Shown: piece by piece, positions 27,621 to 41,299 of the stretch
How the letters are laid out: each line of letters opens with the position of its first letter
Numbering within the stretch: the stretch's first letter is position 1
DNA from: the human T2T-CHM13v2.0 reference genome, Homo sapiens
Assembly: GCF_009914755.1 (NCBI RefSeq)
Contig: NC_060928.1
Strand: one strand, 5' to 3'
DNA length: 64,000 bases
Position numbers and translations under genes: made by a program
Notes under the pieces: model-generated
Seen by the model: only the letters and a program-made list of their open reading frames with translations
Databases searched by the model: none
What the model was told of the DNA's origin: nothing

Positions 27621-28237
27621 TTAAGATATTTTCTCTGAGGCATTAAGTGATTTAAGTATTTTGAAGTTTAAATTTATACACATTTAAAAAATAAAAGACT
27701 CTTTCTTGGTTGTAAGTACTCATTTGAATGAAAATATTTCTTGCAGTGATTTAAAAATATTTCTTTAGTAAAATTAATTTTGCATAATTGTTTGTTAAAT
27801 AATTAATTGTTAAATATTTCATGACTGCTTCAAAAATTTTCATATTCCTAATAAGGTACTGTTCACCAAATTAAAAACAATTCTTGGCTAAACACATAGC
27901 AATAGAAAAAACTATAGACTAAATATTTATCAATGCACTACACAGTGAAGCATAAGTCATTTTAATTTTAAGGATGGATTTTTAAGTAATGATCCTTCCA
28001 GTTCAACAAATGATAACTAATGTTTTTATTTTAAGTATTCTTAAACAAAATATATATCAGTATATAAATTTTAAGTGGTTATACAAAACATACACTATTT
28101 ACAAACCTGACTGATAATATTAATGAAAAGACCACCCACTTTATTGTATTAACTAATAAACATCCTAACGTCAAATGTAAACCAACATTGAAAAAGAAAT
28201 GTAAACCACCATAAAAATTAGTTCATTGAAGGAGGGA

Positions 28238-28436
28238 ATTATATTATAAAGTTTGTTGAAAAATATTCTATATTTATTAACATTAATGTTAAATGTTAAT
28301 AAATATAGAATATGTTTATAATATATAAATATAGAATATGTTTATAATATATAAATATAGAATATATTTATAATATATAAATACAGAATAAATATTATAA
28401 ATATAGCATATTTTCCAACAAACGTTATAATATAAT
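28238..28436. repeat. AT-rich nested palindrome with an internal tandem array of about 26 bp
   Basis: Outer 40-bp arms (28238-28277 and 28397-28436, 3 mismatches). Perfect inner 22-bp arms (28263-28284 and 28292-28313). The unit ataaatatagaatatgtttataatat repeats about 3.5 times. Confidence 0.9.
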
Positions 28437-29024
28437 CTCTTTTTAACATTTCTATGTTAAATTTGAGATGTTTTACAAATCAATAAAATATAGACGAATC
28501 CAGAATTTATTCAATGTTTCCTGAAAGATAATTTATGTCTTTTAGTGTTCATGTAATTTATGAATGTTCAAAATAAAAAGTTTGAAAAGAAAATATACCT
28601 TTCTTCACTTGATTAAAAAAGGCCCCAAATAATAATATAAATTCAGATTCTGAACAGAATAATCATAAAAATAGTTATATATTAACTATTGTAGGATAAC
28701 TGCTTTTCTCCAGTAAAGCCATCCTTAGAAAATCATATCAATTCTTCACAATTTATTTTTAGCATATTTTATTCCTTAGTGATTATTTGAAAATCACCCA
28801 CGTTTTCAATTCCCATCATATATAATTACAAATTGGGTTTAAAATATATTTATATATCTTTATAAGCTACAGAAGCAGAAAGCAGAAGATGAACAGAATA
28901 TGTCTTGCAAATGAGAGATATTGTGGTACATTCTTCAGTTGCTGAATAAAGGTTTAATGGTTGTGATGGTGATAATAATTTAAACAAACTGAACAAACTG
29001 TCCTCTTGAAAGAATAAGATGCTA

Positions 29025-30820
29025 ATACAGCTAACAAGGGAAGTGAAAGACCTCTTCAAGGAGAAGTACAAACCACTGATAAAAAATTCAGAGAGGACAC
29101 AAGCAAATGGAAAAGCATTTCATGCTCATGGATAGGAAGAATCAATATCATGAAAATGGCCATACTGCCCAAAGTAATTGATAGATTCAATGCTATTTCC
29201 ATTAAACTACCATTGGTATTCTTCACAGCATTAGAAAAACTTTTAAAAAATTCATATGGAATCAAAAAAGAGCCCAGATAGCCAAGACAATCCTAAGCAA
29301 AAAGCACAAAGCTGGAGGCATCACACTACCTGATTTCAAACTATACTACAAGTCAACAGTAACCAAAACAGCAGGATACTGGTACAAGAAGAGACACATA
29401 GACCAATGGAACAGAACAGAGAACCCAGGAATAAAGCCACACACCTACAACCATCTGACTTTTGACAAACCTGACAAAAATAAACAATAGAGAAAGGACT
29501 CCCTATTTAATAAATGGTGCTGGGAGAACTGGCTAGCCACATGCAGAAAATTGAAACTTGACCCTTTCCTTACATCATATGCAAAAATTAACTCAAGATG
29601 GATTAAAGATTTAAATGTAAAACTCAAAACTACAAAAATCCTAGAAGATAATCTAGGCAATACCATTGAGGACACAGGCATAGGCAAAGATTTCATGACG
29701 AAGACGCCAAAAGCGATTGCAACAAAAGCAAAGATTGACGAATGGGATCTAATTAAACTAAAGAGCTTCTTCACAGCAAAAGAAACTATCATCGGAGTTA
29801 ACAGACAACCTACAGAATGGGAGAAAACTTCTGCAATCTATCCATCTGACAAAAGTCTAATATCCAGAGTCTACAAGGAACTTAAATTTACAAGAAAAAA
29901 AAATCCCATTAAAAAGTGGGCAAAGAACATGAACAGAGACTCTTTATCCAGTCTATCATTGATGGGCAATGATTTTATAATATAATGATTTATATTCCTT
30001 TGGGTATATACCCAGTAATGGGATTGCAGGGTCGAATGGTATTTCTGCCTCTCAAAAGAAGACATACATGCAGCTGACAAACATATGAAATAAAAGCTCA
30101 ATATCACTGATCATTAGAGAAATGCAAAATCAAAACCACAATGAGATACCATCTTATTCCAATCAGAATGGCTATTATTAAGAAGTCAAAAAACAACACA
30201 TGCTGGTGGTGTTGTGGAGAAAAAGGAACCCTTTACACTGTTTGTGGGAGTATTAATTAGTTTAACCATTCTGAAAGACAGTGTGGTGATTCCCCAAATA
30301 CCTAGAGGCAGAAATACCACTTGACCCTGCAATCCCATTACTGGGTATACACCCAAAGGAATATAAATCATTATATTACAAAATCATTGCCCATCAATGA
30401 TAGACTGGATAAAGAGAATGTGGTACATATACACTATGGAAAACTATGTAGCCATAAAAAGGAACGAGATCATGTCCTTTGTAGGGACATGGATGGAGCT
30501 GGAAGCCATCATCCTGAGCAAACTAATGCAGGAGCAGAAAAGCAAACACTGCATGTTCTCACTTATAAGTGGGAGCTGAATGATGAGAACACATGCACAC
30601 ATGGGAGGGAACAACACACACTGGGGCCTGTTGTGGGGGGAGCGTATGAGGGTAGGGAACGCATCGGAAGAATAGTTAATGGATGCTGGGTTTAATACCT
30701 ATGTGATAGGATGATCTGTGCAGCAAACCACCATGGCACACATTTACCTACGTAACAAACCTACACATCCTGCACATGAACCCCTGAACTTAAAAGTTGA
30801 AGAAAAGAAAAAAGAAAATC
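29025..30820 (+). mobile_element. 5'-truncated L1 (old L1PA/L1PB type) with ORF2 C-terminal part and 3' UTR
   Basis: ORF 29551-29985 reads [43 protein letters not shown] 30397-30579 reads DWIKRMWYIYTMENY..ELEAIILSKL. Perfect 16-bp TSD aaagaataagatgcta at 29009-29024 and 30821-30836. Confidence 0.96.
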
Positions 30821-30977
30821 AAAGAATAAGATGCTAGACCTCGGCAAATGGTGGGAACAAACCACAGATTGAAATCGAGAGAGGAAGGTTTTGAGATCAT
30901 TAAAGAAATAAAATAAAACAAGGTAAGTAATAAGTTGACACTTGCAAGTCTAAATGCCAGGCTAATAGGCATTATGG

Positions 30978-31565
30978 CTATAGAATATATATAACTATAT
31001 ATTCGATATATCGAATATATATAACTATTCGATATATAGAATATATATAACTATATATTATATATTCTATATATTCTATATATATATTCTATATATAGAA
31101 TATATAACTATATATAGAAGTTATATATATAGAATATATATAACTATATATAACTATATATTCTATATATAGAATATATATCTATATATAGAATATATAA
31201 CTATATATAGAATATATATATAGAATATATATAACTATATATTCTCTATATAGAGTATATATCTATATAGAGTATATATAACTATATTTATAAATAAATA
31301 TATATAACTATATATTTATATATAGTTATATATATTCTATATATAGTTATATATAACTATATATTTATATATAGTTATATATATTATATATAGTTATATA
31401 TATATTCTATATAGAGAGTATATAGAGTATATATAACTATATATTCTATATATAGAGAGTATATATAACTATATATTCTATATAGAGTATATATAACTAT
31501 ATATAGAACATATGTAACTATATATTCTATATATAGAGAGAGAATACATATAACTATATATATAT
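30978..31565. repeat. Interrupted TA-rich array of about 590 bp with palindromic subunits
   Basis: Repeated tatagaatatatataactatatattc-like units in both orientations. Perfect palindrome at 30996-31021 and 19-bp arms at 31297-31336. Confidence 0.95.
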
Positions 31566-32924
31566 TTGATCAAATCTAGCCTTCCCTAATAACTGGAATA
31601 CTCACATTATTTTCTAGATGTGGCTCCAAATAACTTATTTTAGATTTGCCATCGTCATTTATACTATTCAGAAGAAAACACTGCCACAGGTCATGGAGAC
31701 ATTTTCAAAAGTAAATATTCCAAAAACGTCCTAAGCAAAGACAAAAATCACATTTGTCCGAAGTTCAGGTGATTTTTGTTTCATTGCACCTTAAACAGTT
31801 TTATATATGTAGAACCTCAATTAACACGTTTATTACAATAAATAACGTTCAAGGAATGAATAGCAAGTACTCAACAAAAGTTTGTTGTATAACGTTATCA
31901 TCAATTAGTTAACCAGGTTAAGAGCTTTCTGGATTTGAAAGTTAAACCAAAAAGAGGAATATAAAGTATCTTTAGATTTACATTCTTAATTCATCAATTA
32001 TTTTTATCAATGTAATTAATTGTTCATTGTCCAATATCTCTTATGTATTGTTTGTTGCCACATGGAAGAGTCCAGGTATTTATTTTTAAACCAAATGCTC
32101 CATTTTGGTAGGCTTTCTTAGTAGATCGGAAAGTTATACAACACAGGGAAGATTATGTTTGTTACATTTAAATCCTAACATTGCAGCATGGAAACATTTT
32201 TAGTGTACGGAACAGGAAAAAAATGTTTGTGCTAATTCCTGCTGATTTAATTGTTGGAATAATGACGGGGTTTATGTCAATCACTCTAGTGCCCAGGGCT
32301 GTGTGAGCTGGACAATCAACATTGATGAAAATTATATTGGAACATTCCACAGGCACATTAAAACCCGAACATTTCAGGCCAGAGAGTCCACTTAGGGGGT
32401 TGATTTATCTGGTTTGGTTTATTTTTAGTGTCATAGCAATTGGGAAACTGTCAGATAGCTACTGAATTATGCTTTGTATGTGATGTCTCAGACCGTCAGA
32501 TCTTAATTTTAAACGGAGTACACACACACAGTGTCTCTTTCATCCTAAAACACATTATTCTATGGATAATAAAAAAAGATAAAATGTAACCTTCACTTGA
32601 AAAACCATTACATGTATATTGCAAATTGAAATGTTTGGTGCAACTGTTACTGATTGTACTGTTCATTAGAAAAAAGAAAATCTGAATTGCAACCAAGATC
32701 TACATAAAGGAAAGGAAAGGTGAACTAGAGAGATTCACATTATACAGTTTCTTGACATGTAACCAGATTTTGGAAGAAAAGTTATAAATGATACATTATT
32801 AAAGTAAGTCTCCTAATTAAGTTGTTTTTTTCTCCTCCTCCTTCTTCATGTATTTAAGCACATAATTTAAGAGGAAAATAGCGATATGCAGATCAGAAAT
32901 ATTAATTCAAACCCTAGTTCCTCT

Positions 32925-33545
32925 GTTTTTTGTTTGCTTGTTAATTTTTTGTTTGATTTATTTTAGATTCAGGGGCCACATGTGCAGGTGGGTTACAAAG
33001 GTGTATTGTTTCAGGCTTCAATTTGGCTTCTACAACCCTTGTTCTCCTCCCTCTTTCCCCCCATTTTGGAGTCCCCAGTGTCTACTGTTTCCATCTTTAT
33101 GTGCTTACATGACCACTGTTTAGCTCCCGTATAAGTGAGAACATGAAGTATTTGATTTTCTGTTTCTGTGTTAATTCACTTAGGAAAACGGCCTCCAGCA
33201 GAGTCCATGTTGCTGCAAAGCACATCATTTCATCCTTTTACGGACGCATAGTATTCCATGGTGTGTATGTACCACATTTTCTGTATCCAGTCCCCCGCTG
33301 ATAGGAACTTAGGCTGATTCCATGACTTTGCTATTAAAAATAGTGCTGCGATAAACATGAGTGCAGATGTCTGTTTGACAGGATGTTTCTTTTCCTCTTA
33401 TATAGTACCACCCGCATACCAGTAATGGGGTTGCTGGGTCAAACTGTAGTTCTATTTTTAGTTCTTTGAGAAATTTTCATATTGTTTTCCTTAGGGTTGA
33501 ACTAATTTACATTCTCACTAAAACTGTGTAAATGTTCTTTACTTT
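32925..33545 (-). mobile_element. L1PB-type 3' fragment
   Basis: cacatgtgcagg..tagctcccgtataagtgagaacatg..gtccatgttgctgcaaag..tagtattccatggtgtgtatgtaccacattttc. Confidence 0.88.
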
Positions 33546-35599
33546 TTCATCCACCCTCAAATAATTATTAATTATCATTCTGATTCTCAGCTTTCTTAAG
33601 CTTAAATGTGTTTCATAATAACTCTCTTGAAGGCTGTTCTAAAGATGAAAATGCTTAATATGTTTCAAAATGGCATATCACCATCTTTATACATTTTGTT
33701 AACACTAACTTGTAAGTTGTAAAATTGCAAAAGTCAGACCTAATCTTAATTTTATTCAAATTCCCCCATGATTGTTGGTGTAAGTCTTGTTTATGATGAT
33801 GTGAAAAGCCAAACATTGAATTTATTCAACAAAAATTTATATGGCAAGAACTCAGTCAGGTGCTGGAGAAGACAAGTGGATGTCTCCTAAGTTGAGACAG
33901 TAGTCATTCTGATATTACGGAAATATTACAATGATAAGCAACTGAGTTTAGCGAACTACAGAAGCGAGCCCAAGTGGGTGCTGCATCAAAGGAACCGGAA
34001 GAAGCAGATACTGAAGGCCAGAAATACTCAGTAAGGGACTGGCTGCCCAGGAAAGTGAGAAGCACAAGAACAGATCAAGTGAGAGAGTCAAAAGGTAGAC
34101 CTGGGCAAACACCTGTATTGAGCAGTGCTGGCAATTCTCCTAGCACATTCTCAACTTCTTGTGTCCTGTGATAGGCCATCTGCATTCAAATAACTGAAGA
34201 AATAGTAGATGATAGAAGCTTGTTTCCAAACTATCTATTTTCATATTTAAAAAAATGCTAAAAATATTTGGGACAAAAAAATCTGTAATAAAGTGTGTAT
34301 GGAGGTATTTGATATGCCCTGTTAATTAATAAAAACTGAAATAATGTCCAATAAAAATTGTACAATAGAATCATAAAGTAAGCATAAATGATTAAAACTC
34401 TTGTCATGACAACTGACTAGAGACGGGATGTACCATGCACAATTATGTAGTCACCGGATATAAATAATGTATAATATATGTAAACAACATTGGTGAAAAA
34501 CAGCATATAATAATATAATCTGTATAAAACAATATATTATACCGATATATAAATATATAAATTATGAAATATATAATATTATAGATAGATATAGATATAT
34601 ATGTCTGATGCTCCAGGATAGCAGATAATTGGCTTAAATCTCTCCAGCAGCAGTGGCATGTTATTTTATATTTCAGCTTCTACCGTTTTATTCATATGGA
34701 TATAAATGTATGTAGGCATTTAATAGTATATGTTATTCTGTGATTTTAAAATATTTATTCTGCAAGCTAAATAAAAATCACCTTTCTAACCTCTTCATAA
34801 TACCTCAGCAATGTAAATGTGAAACAAATATTGTTTCTGTCCTATGACCCCAATCTTGTGTGGACTCCATATTTAAGTCCACACAAATTTATCAATATTT
34901 TCGTTTCCAAAAATGTTGGTCATCATTCCAAAAGGGAACAATAGCCACAATTCCCAGAAACATTTGTTACTAGATTTTTAAAGATTAGCTATCCATTCTC
35001 AAATTCATTACCTGACTCAAAATTTTCATGTTTACAGCATTAGTAAAATTTGAATGTAGTAAAAATCCCATTCTAAGGAAAAAAATGTCACTTTATGTTG
35101 AAAATGTTTGATGGTGATTAACCCTGGATTCTCATTTATATGAATCCATTGACTCTGTCTGGCTATGAAGTCACCAGATCAAATTATTTCAATGAACTAA
35201 ATTATACAATACCAGTCTCCAATTTATAAACATAATTTATTACTAAGCTATGAGTAAGAATATACAGAGTGCTCAGAACATCTAGAGAATTCAGGGCAGC
35301 AGTTACACAATTTAAAAAGAAAAAAAAAACCTATTTTCTTAGAAATGCTCAAGTGTCCAGGGCTAACTTTTCCTTCTGAAATATCAAGGTTCTTTTCTGA
35401 ATGGAAAAGTAACTCTCCATTCCGTTTATAACCGAGGGTTCAAGTGGGAGGCAATGTAGTAGGCCTATAGCTACAAAGTTCAGTAGGCAAGGCCTGTTCC
35501 TGTATAGCCTTAGGATGAAAGATGGCATTTAGCAGAGGAGATTTTGGCATCTCCATCCCAATATTTTTATAAAGTCATTGATGAAGAAAAAGATATCAA

Positions 35600-35830
35600 C
35601 ACGTTTATTATAATAGTAACAATTATTAGTATGTTTATTATTGTTGACCAGGGTCTGTGCTAGTTTTTAAAAAATACATTATCATCTCTCCTATAATACT
35701 TCAGTGTAGATAATATTAATTTGTTTTATAAATGAAGAAGCTGAGGCTTAGAGAGAGGTTAAATAGCTGACAAAAGGTATGCAGCCAGTAAGTAGGAAAG
35801 AGAAGACTGACTCAAGCCCATATGCTTATG
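35600..35830. mobile_element. MIR
   Basis: ttttataaatgaagaagctgaggcttagagagaggttaaatagctgacaaaaggt. Confidence 0.65.
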
Positions 35831-38476
35831 ATTTTTGCACTAATTACAAAGCCTGTGTTACTTACACCATATTACATTATTTCTACGCTAATTCCAAAAT
35901 CCCCTAACTTTTACAAGCCCTAGTTGTAGTGCAGCCTTGATAACTGGGTCCCAGCCTTACCTTTTCTGTCTGAATTCTCCAGACAACCAGCTTTTTACTG
36001 GTCCACAATAGAGACTGTCCTACGTGCTAGTAACTGACCAAGGTTTCAAGGACAGGAAGTCCTGAATCAAACATCTCAGCCACTTATCCTTAGGGACTTC
36101 CAAGCTTTACCCTTTTCTTGAATCCCTTGGGAGGCTTTATCAATTCCTTTATAAGTCATCCAGTTGATAATTACTTGCCTGAATATCTACTGGTGCTACC
36201 ATCACTATATCAATGATTATAAAACTTTTGTTAAAAATGCATATATGTAATTTCTTTTTTGTTAAAAAAATTTTCAACTCCCAGGTCCATCTCCTGAATT
36301 ATTTGTTCATCATTTGACAATCAGGCATTCCATGTGATTAGATCTCGGGAACACTCATTCAACAGCGCACACTGTGCTGCGTGTTCCACCTGAACCTGCC
36401 AGGAACCGAGGATTTATCTGCCTTCACTGCCTGACTAGAGAAATAGCCAGATAGAGTTCCAGGAACTGTCACTAGAAAGTGTCCCCAACTAATGGGGCAC
36501 ACATCCTGGCCTACCAACAATTCATGGGAAAAGTCCAGGTACTTTAGGTATTTACAGGTTCATCTGAAGCCAAAAATGTGATGTCCTGCTAACACTATAC
36601 TGGGACCTGCTTGGGTCTGTCCTGAGAAGATCACAGATGGAGTATTATGTCCAGTTGTAATTGTCACATTTTAAGACAGAGGGGAATGATCAGATGGGGA
36701 TGACAGCAACAGTGAGAATATGGAAAGTCAGGCTGTATAAAGTGTGGTTCAGAGAACAAGAGAGATGTAGCATGGGAAACATAAGCCTGAAGAAAGAGAT
36801 ATCTTTTTGCAAATAATGGCTGTGGACATATGGAAGACTTCTTTTCTATTACTGAGAGGACAGAGCCAGTACCAGTGTACAAGTGCAAAATTTTAATTCA
36901 GTTTAAGAAATAGTTTTCTAAGACCTAGGGCTTCCCAATAATGTAATGTAAAGGAGTGAAGTCAACATAAAACAGAAGTCAAGTAATTTGTGAGGTATGC
37001 CAAGAAAGATACCAGGCCAGGGACAGTGAAGAAAACATTAGTACTAGAAGATAATACCACAGAGCATTTTCTATTTATTAGTCACCATTTGTTTTCATCA
37101 TTTTCAAAAATGAGACAAGCAAGGTGTCTCTGTGACACACAAAAAATACCTTATCCTCACCTTGCCTCAGTCTGTGCTACCTTTCTGCTCTCTGCTTATA
37201 TATATGATTGGTCCAGGTCCAGGGGTAGAGAAAATTAACTCATGCTAGGCCAATAATGTCCACCTTTATGAGAATTCTAAACTTATTTTTAAAAAAACAC
37301 AGAGCTGGGCATTCTCTGGAAATGAACAAATGATATGTCAGAGAGAAAGATGTGAAATCCCACTGATGTCCAGGAGCCACCAGCAACCTTCCAGAGCCTT
37401 GGCTATGCAGTTTTTATTTGGTGTTCTGCACTATCATTGCATTAATTTTTAAAGGAAAAAAGCCCTCTTAATTTAGTAGTTTGTGAGCACCAGTTTCCAT
37501 TATTTGCTGAATAATAATATACTTTTAAAAACCTCTTCCTCTTCCTTATAATTCCTATATTTTATTGATGTGTCTTCTCTCTTGGTACTTACATTTTGGA
37601 AAGTTGTGCAAATTAGGGTATATGTGATAACACCAAATGCTAAACAGCCTTTTGATTGGTTGATGCTGTGGTTTCTAGTATGAGTAAAGCAACCAAGAGA
37701 AAGTTGATTGCCATATTAAATTCACAATAGCACACAAACAATATCAAACCCCTACTAAAATTCCAAGCAACCACTAAATTTATCAAAGGTCGCCATCCAT
37801 CAGTTATTCATATAAAGCCAGTAAAATAAGGCAGATGCCAGATGTTGATGAACTCCTGTTTGCTGAATTTATTAACCAGATGCAGAAATTTACTCATTGC
37901 TTGAGTGCTTCGATATCACAGAGATATGCACTTTAAGAATATGCAGATAGGGAGATTAAATAGCATCACTTGACTGTGCGTCTGCCGCATAGCAATGCAT
38001 AATGAATAAGTAGTATGCTTTTGCTTCATGTTTCCTATTTACATAATTCAAAGCTTTGACATCATGGAAATATATCATGGGATTGTATCCTGTTACATCA
38101 TGCATAAAATCTAACAGTGTAGTTATATAAGCTATGAAAACAGAAGCATAGGGAAATGAGATGCACTTAAACACTAATCAAGATAAATGCAAATTGAAGG
38201 CATGAACTGAATATGTTCTTCTTCACCAGGACTATGTATTACAATAAACTAATTTGAGTTATTCATACATAAATGATGATCCCAATCTTATTTTGAATAA
38301 TTAATAATGAGTAAACATAAAGGCAGAAATAAATTAGATAAAAACAAATCCCTTTTAAAAAAAAGAAATAGCACAGTCTTTATTCAAAAACTCTAAGGAC
38401 TGTGACTGCAAACCCTGGGTCAGAAGGTAAGATTAGGCTTCTTAAGTGCACCATGTAAATAACAATCAAGTTTCAA

Positions 38477-38773
38477 GGCTGGGCGTGGTCCTCACACCTG
38501 CAATCCCAGTACTTTGGGAGGCCAAGCTGGAGGACTGCTTGAGCCTAGGAGTTCAAGACCATCCTGGGCAATACAGCGAGACCCCCATCTCTACAAAAAA
38601 TTTAAAAATTAGCCAGGCTCATTAGCCATGAGCTTGTAGTCCCAGCTACTCAGGACACTGAGGCAGGAGGATCCCTTGAGCCCAGGTTCAAGGCTGCAGT
38701 GAGCTACAATTGTGCCACTGCACTCTATCCTGGGCAACAGAGCCAGACCCTGTCTCAAAAACAAATGAACAAA
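38477..38773 (+). mobile_element. AluJ, full length
   Basis: ggctgggcgtgg..gaggactgcttgagcctaggagttcaagacc..gcccaggttcaaggctgcagtgagc. TSD-like aatcaagtt on both sides. Confidence 0.93.
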
Positions 38774-39477
38774 AATCAAGTTCTCTTTCATTAAGCATCT
38801 TATAAGGAGGGAAGACAAATGAGGGTCAGGAAATAGGAGGAAGCTGGCTTGGGGCAAATAATAATTACTTTGCTAATTACAAACTGAAAGTTCAGCCTAA
38901 GATTTTTAAAAATATTATTTAAAATTTAAATATTAAAATATATAAAAATTTCATTTAAACAAATTTTTAGAACAATTCCTTTGGGATTAGCAAGGGCTTT
39001 TAAAATATACCTTGAGGCATTCAATATGTATATAAAAACTTTGGGAATTTTACACTATGCCAAGACTGCAGCAAACTGGTTTTGTGTGGACCCCACATAG
39101 GCCCATTATTAGGTGACGACATACATACAATTTATTTTAAAACAAAATTTTTCTATGTTTTAGAATCAACTCACAGATAACTGTTGAAGTGAAGAATGAT
39201 TACTTTACCATAATAAACAACAAAGCAAACTGACATAGAATGACACAGAGGAGGGTTCTAGAATAAACAGAGATATCAATCCAAATTTGAGCTTTGCAGG
39301 GTTATACACTATAAAATCTGCTATACTTGTGGCTCTTATCCAACCTCATTAAAGTTTCAGTTTCTTCAACTATGAAACAAGAACAATAATATCCATATCA
39401 CCAGATATGGCTTGTGAATTAAACAAATAGTAGTGTCTGGATATTTCAAGTAGTACGTATACAGCATAAATATAGAA

Positions 39478-39531
39478 ACGAAGAAAAGAAGGAAAGAGGA
39501 AAGGAAAGAAGGAAGAAAGAAAGGGAGGAAG
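39478..39531. repeat. Purine-rich (GAAA/GGAA)-like simple repeat
   Basis: gaagaaaagaaggaaagaggaaaggaaagaaggaagaaagaaagggaggaag. Confidence 0.8.
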
Positions 39532-41299
39532 ATTGCTTAATTTGGCATTAATATACACATAAGAATATAATAGGTATTAAACTGCACTTTTTACAATTAA
39601 GACTTTCAGGAAAACAACTTTCCAGAATAAACCCCTATTTCTGATAGTAATCAGAAATGCTCTGTGAGCACTGTCGCATATTTTAATTATAAGCTTTTGC
39701 TAAAACTCTTTACCAAAGTAAAGTGATATGAACTTTAAAAGAAGTTTCTGAATATATTTAAATATTTTATTGATATAGTCTACCCACAAAATTTAAAAAA
39801 GTCATATACTTTTACAAAATTCTTCTAAAAATTACTTGAAGATTTATGATGAATGAGTATAAAATATTTAACTACAAAAGACTGTTGGAATAAAACCATA
39901 TAGAATATAAAATAAAAATTTATGTAAATGATGGGTAAACATATATAACAAGATTAAAAGGTCATATTATTCTTGAAAGAAGAAGTTTATAATGCAAGTC
40001 AATAATGCAATAATCTCAACCTAAACTTAGATAATGCTAACAAAGACTGAGAGTGAATGGAAGCTAGAGCTGAAATTAGAAGCTGAGTATAGACTTGGTC
40101 TCAAATAGGGAAGACTCAAAGATGTTGAGTCCTTTTGGCCTAACAATGAATACAGGAGAATGGATGTTGATGGAAACCTTAAAAACACTCAAGTCCTCTC
40201 CCTCCACTGACAATTAAAAGCTTGGAAAATATAAAAAACAAACTCAAAGAAAAGATTGAACCAACTATTAAACTTCTTTTAAACAGAAAAGAGATGTTAT
40301 AGTGTTGGAAAAAATCAATTTGAGATTATTTATTCACAAATACTTCGATATGCTCCTTTCATTCCAAGTTATTTAATATTTTTTATTGTTTTAAATGTCA
40401 AATTTTGTGTATTTTTTAGCACACTATAAAATGTGTACTTTATTTACCCATAAAATGATTTTCATTACCTAAAATTAGGCTCTCAGAATAAAAATATTTT
40501 CTTTATTCTGTCATCTATTAGTGTATATATTTAATTATAGCCACAAAGTTCAATTACTTAAGAATTTCTTACCTTGAATGTGAGGTACATATGTATACAA
40601 AAATATTTATAGAATATAAAATTTTCAAGAACATAAAAAATAAAATCTTAGAAAGTGGTCAAATATATACCAAAAATCCAATTGTGAGTCATTAAATATG
40701 AAAACTGAAATTGAGATAGTATGTCACTCCCTCTTGTTATACAGAAGAGAATTTGGCGGAGTCTCTTACATGATTTTTTTCTTTGTAATAACATAGTTAA
40801 GTAGCAGAAGCAAAAATAAACTCCAGAACCCCTACTTAACTGTCCCACCATGTACTATATTCTATAACATATTGTGTCTCTTCATCTTTGAAAAAAACCT
40901 GTTAGCTTTACACTGAATTACTGAAAATTACAGTGTAAACATTTATTAAAAAATTATGCCAAAATGCAGTATTAAAAAAATAGATCAGTAAACAATCTTC
41001 AATTCATGGAAAATTTGAAAGAACTAGAGATTTTTTTTATTTCTAAAATTAAATTTTCAGCAAAATCCAAAAGGAAAATAAATATTGAACATTTTTAAAT
41101 TAATCCTTACAGGAGTCATAACACTGGGTACATGCAGAAAGGTTCATTATTACTCCGATCTCTGAAACTAAATGTAAAGCAGTTGTTCAGATAAATGAAG
41201 ACCACAGCCCTTACTGTGTTGTGACATATCAGTAATTATGACTATGTGGATTTATCAAACTCACATATTAGTGATAATCAAATTAGATTTTTATAAAAC

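Noticed and set aside
29445-30695. ORFs of 60-144 aa on both strands
   Set aside because: They are broken L1 ORF2 fragments and their antisense shadows in a 5'-truncated element, not genes.
34480-34600. AT-rich stretch with TA/GATA-like runs
   Set aside because: Low complexity with no clear unit or long stem.
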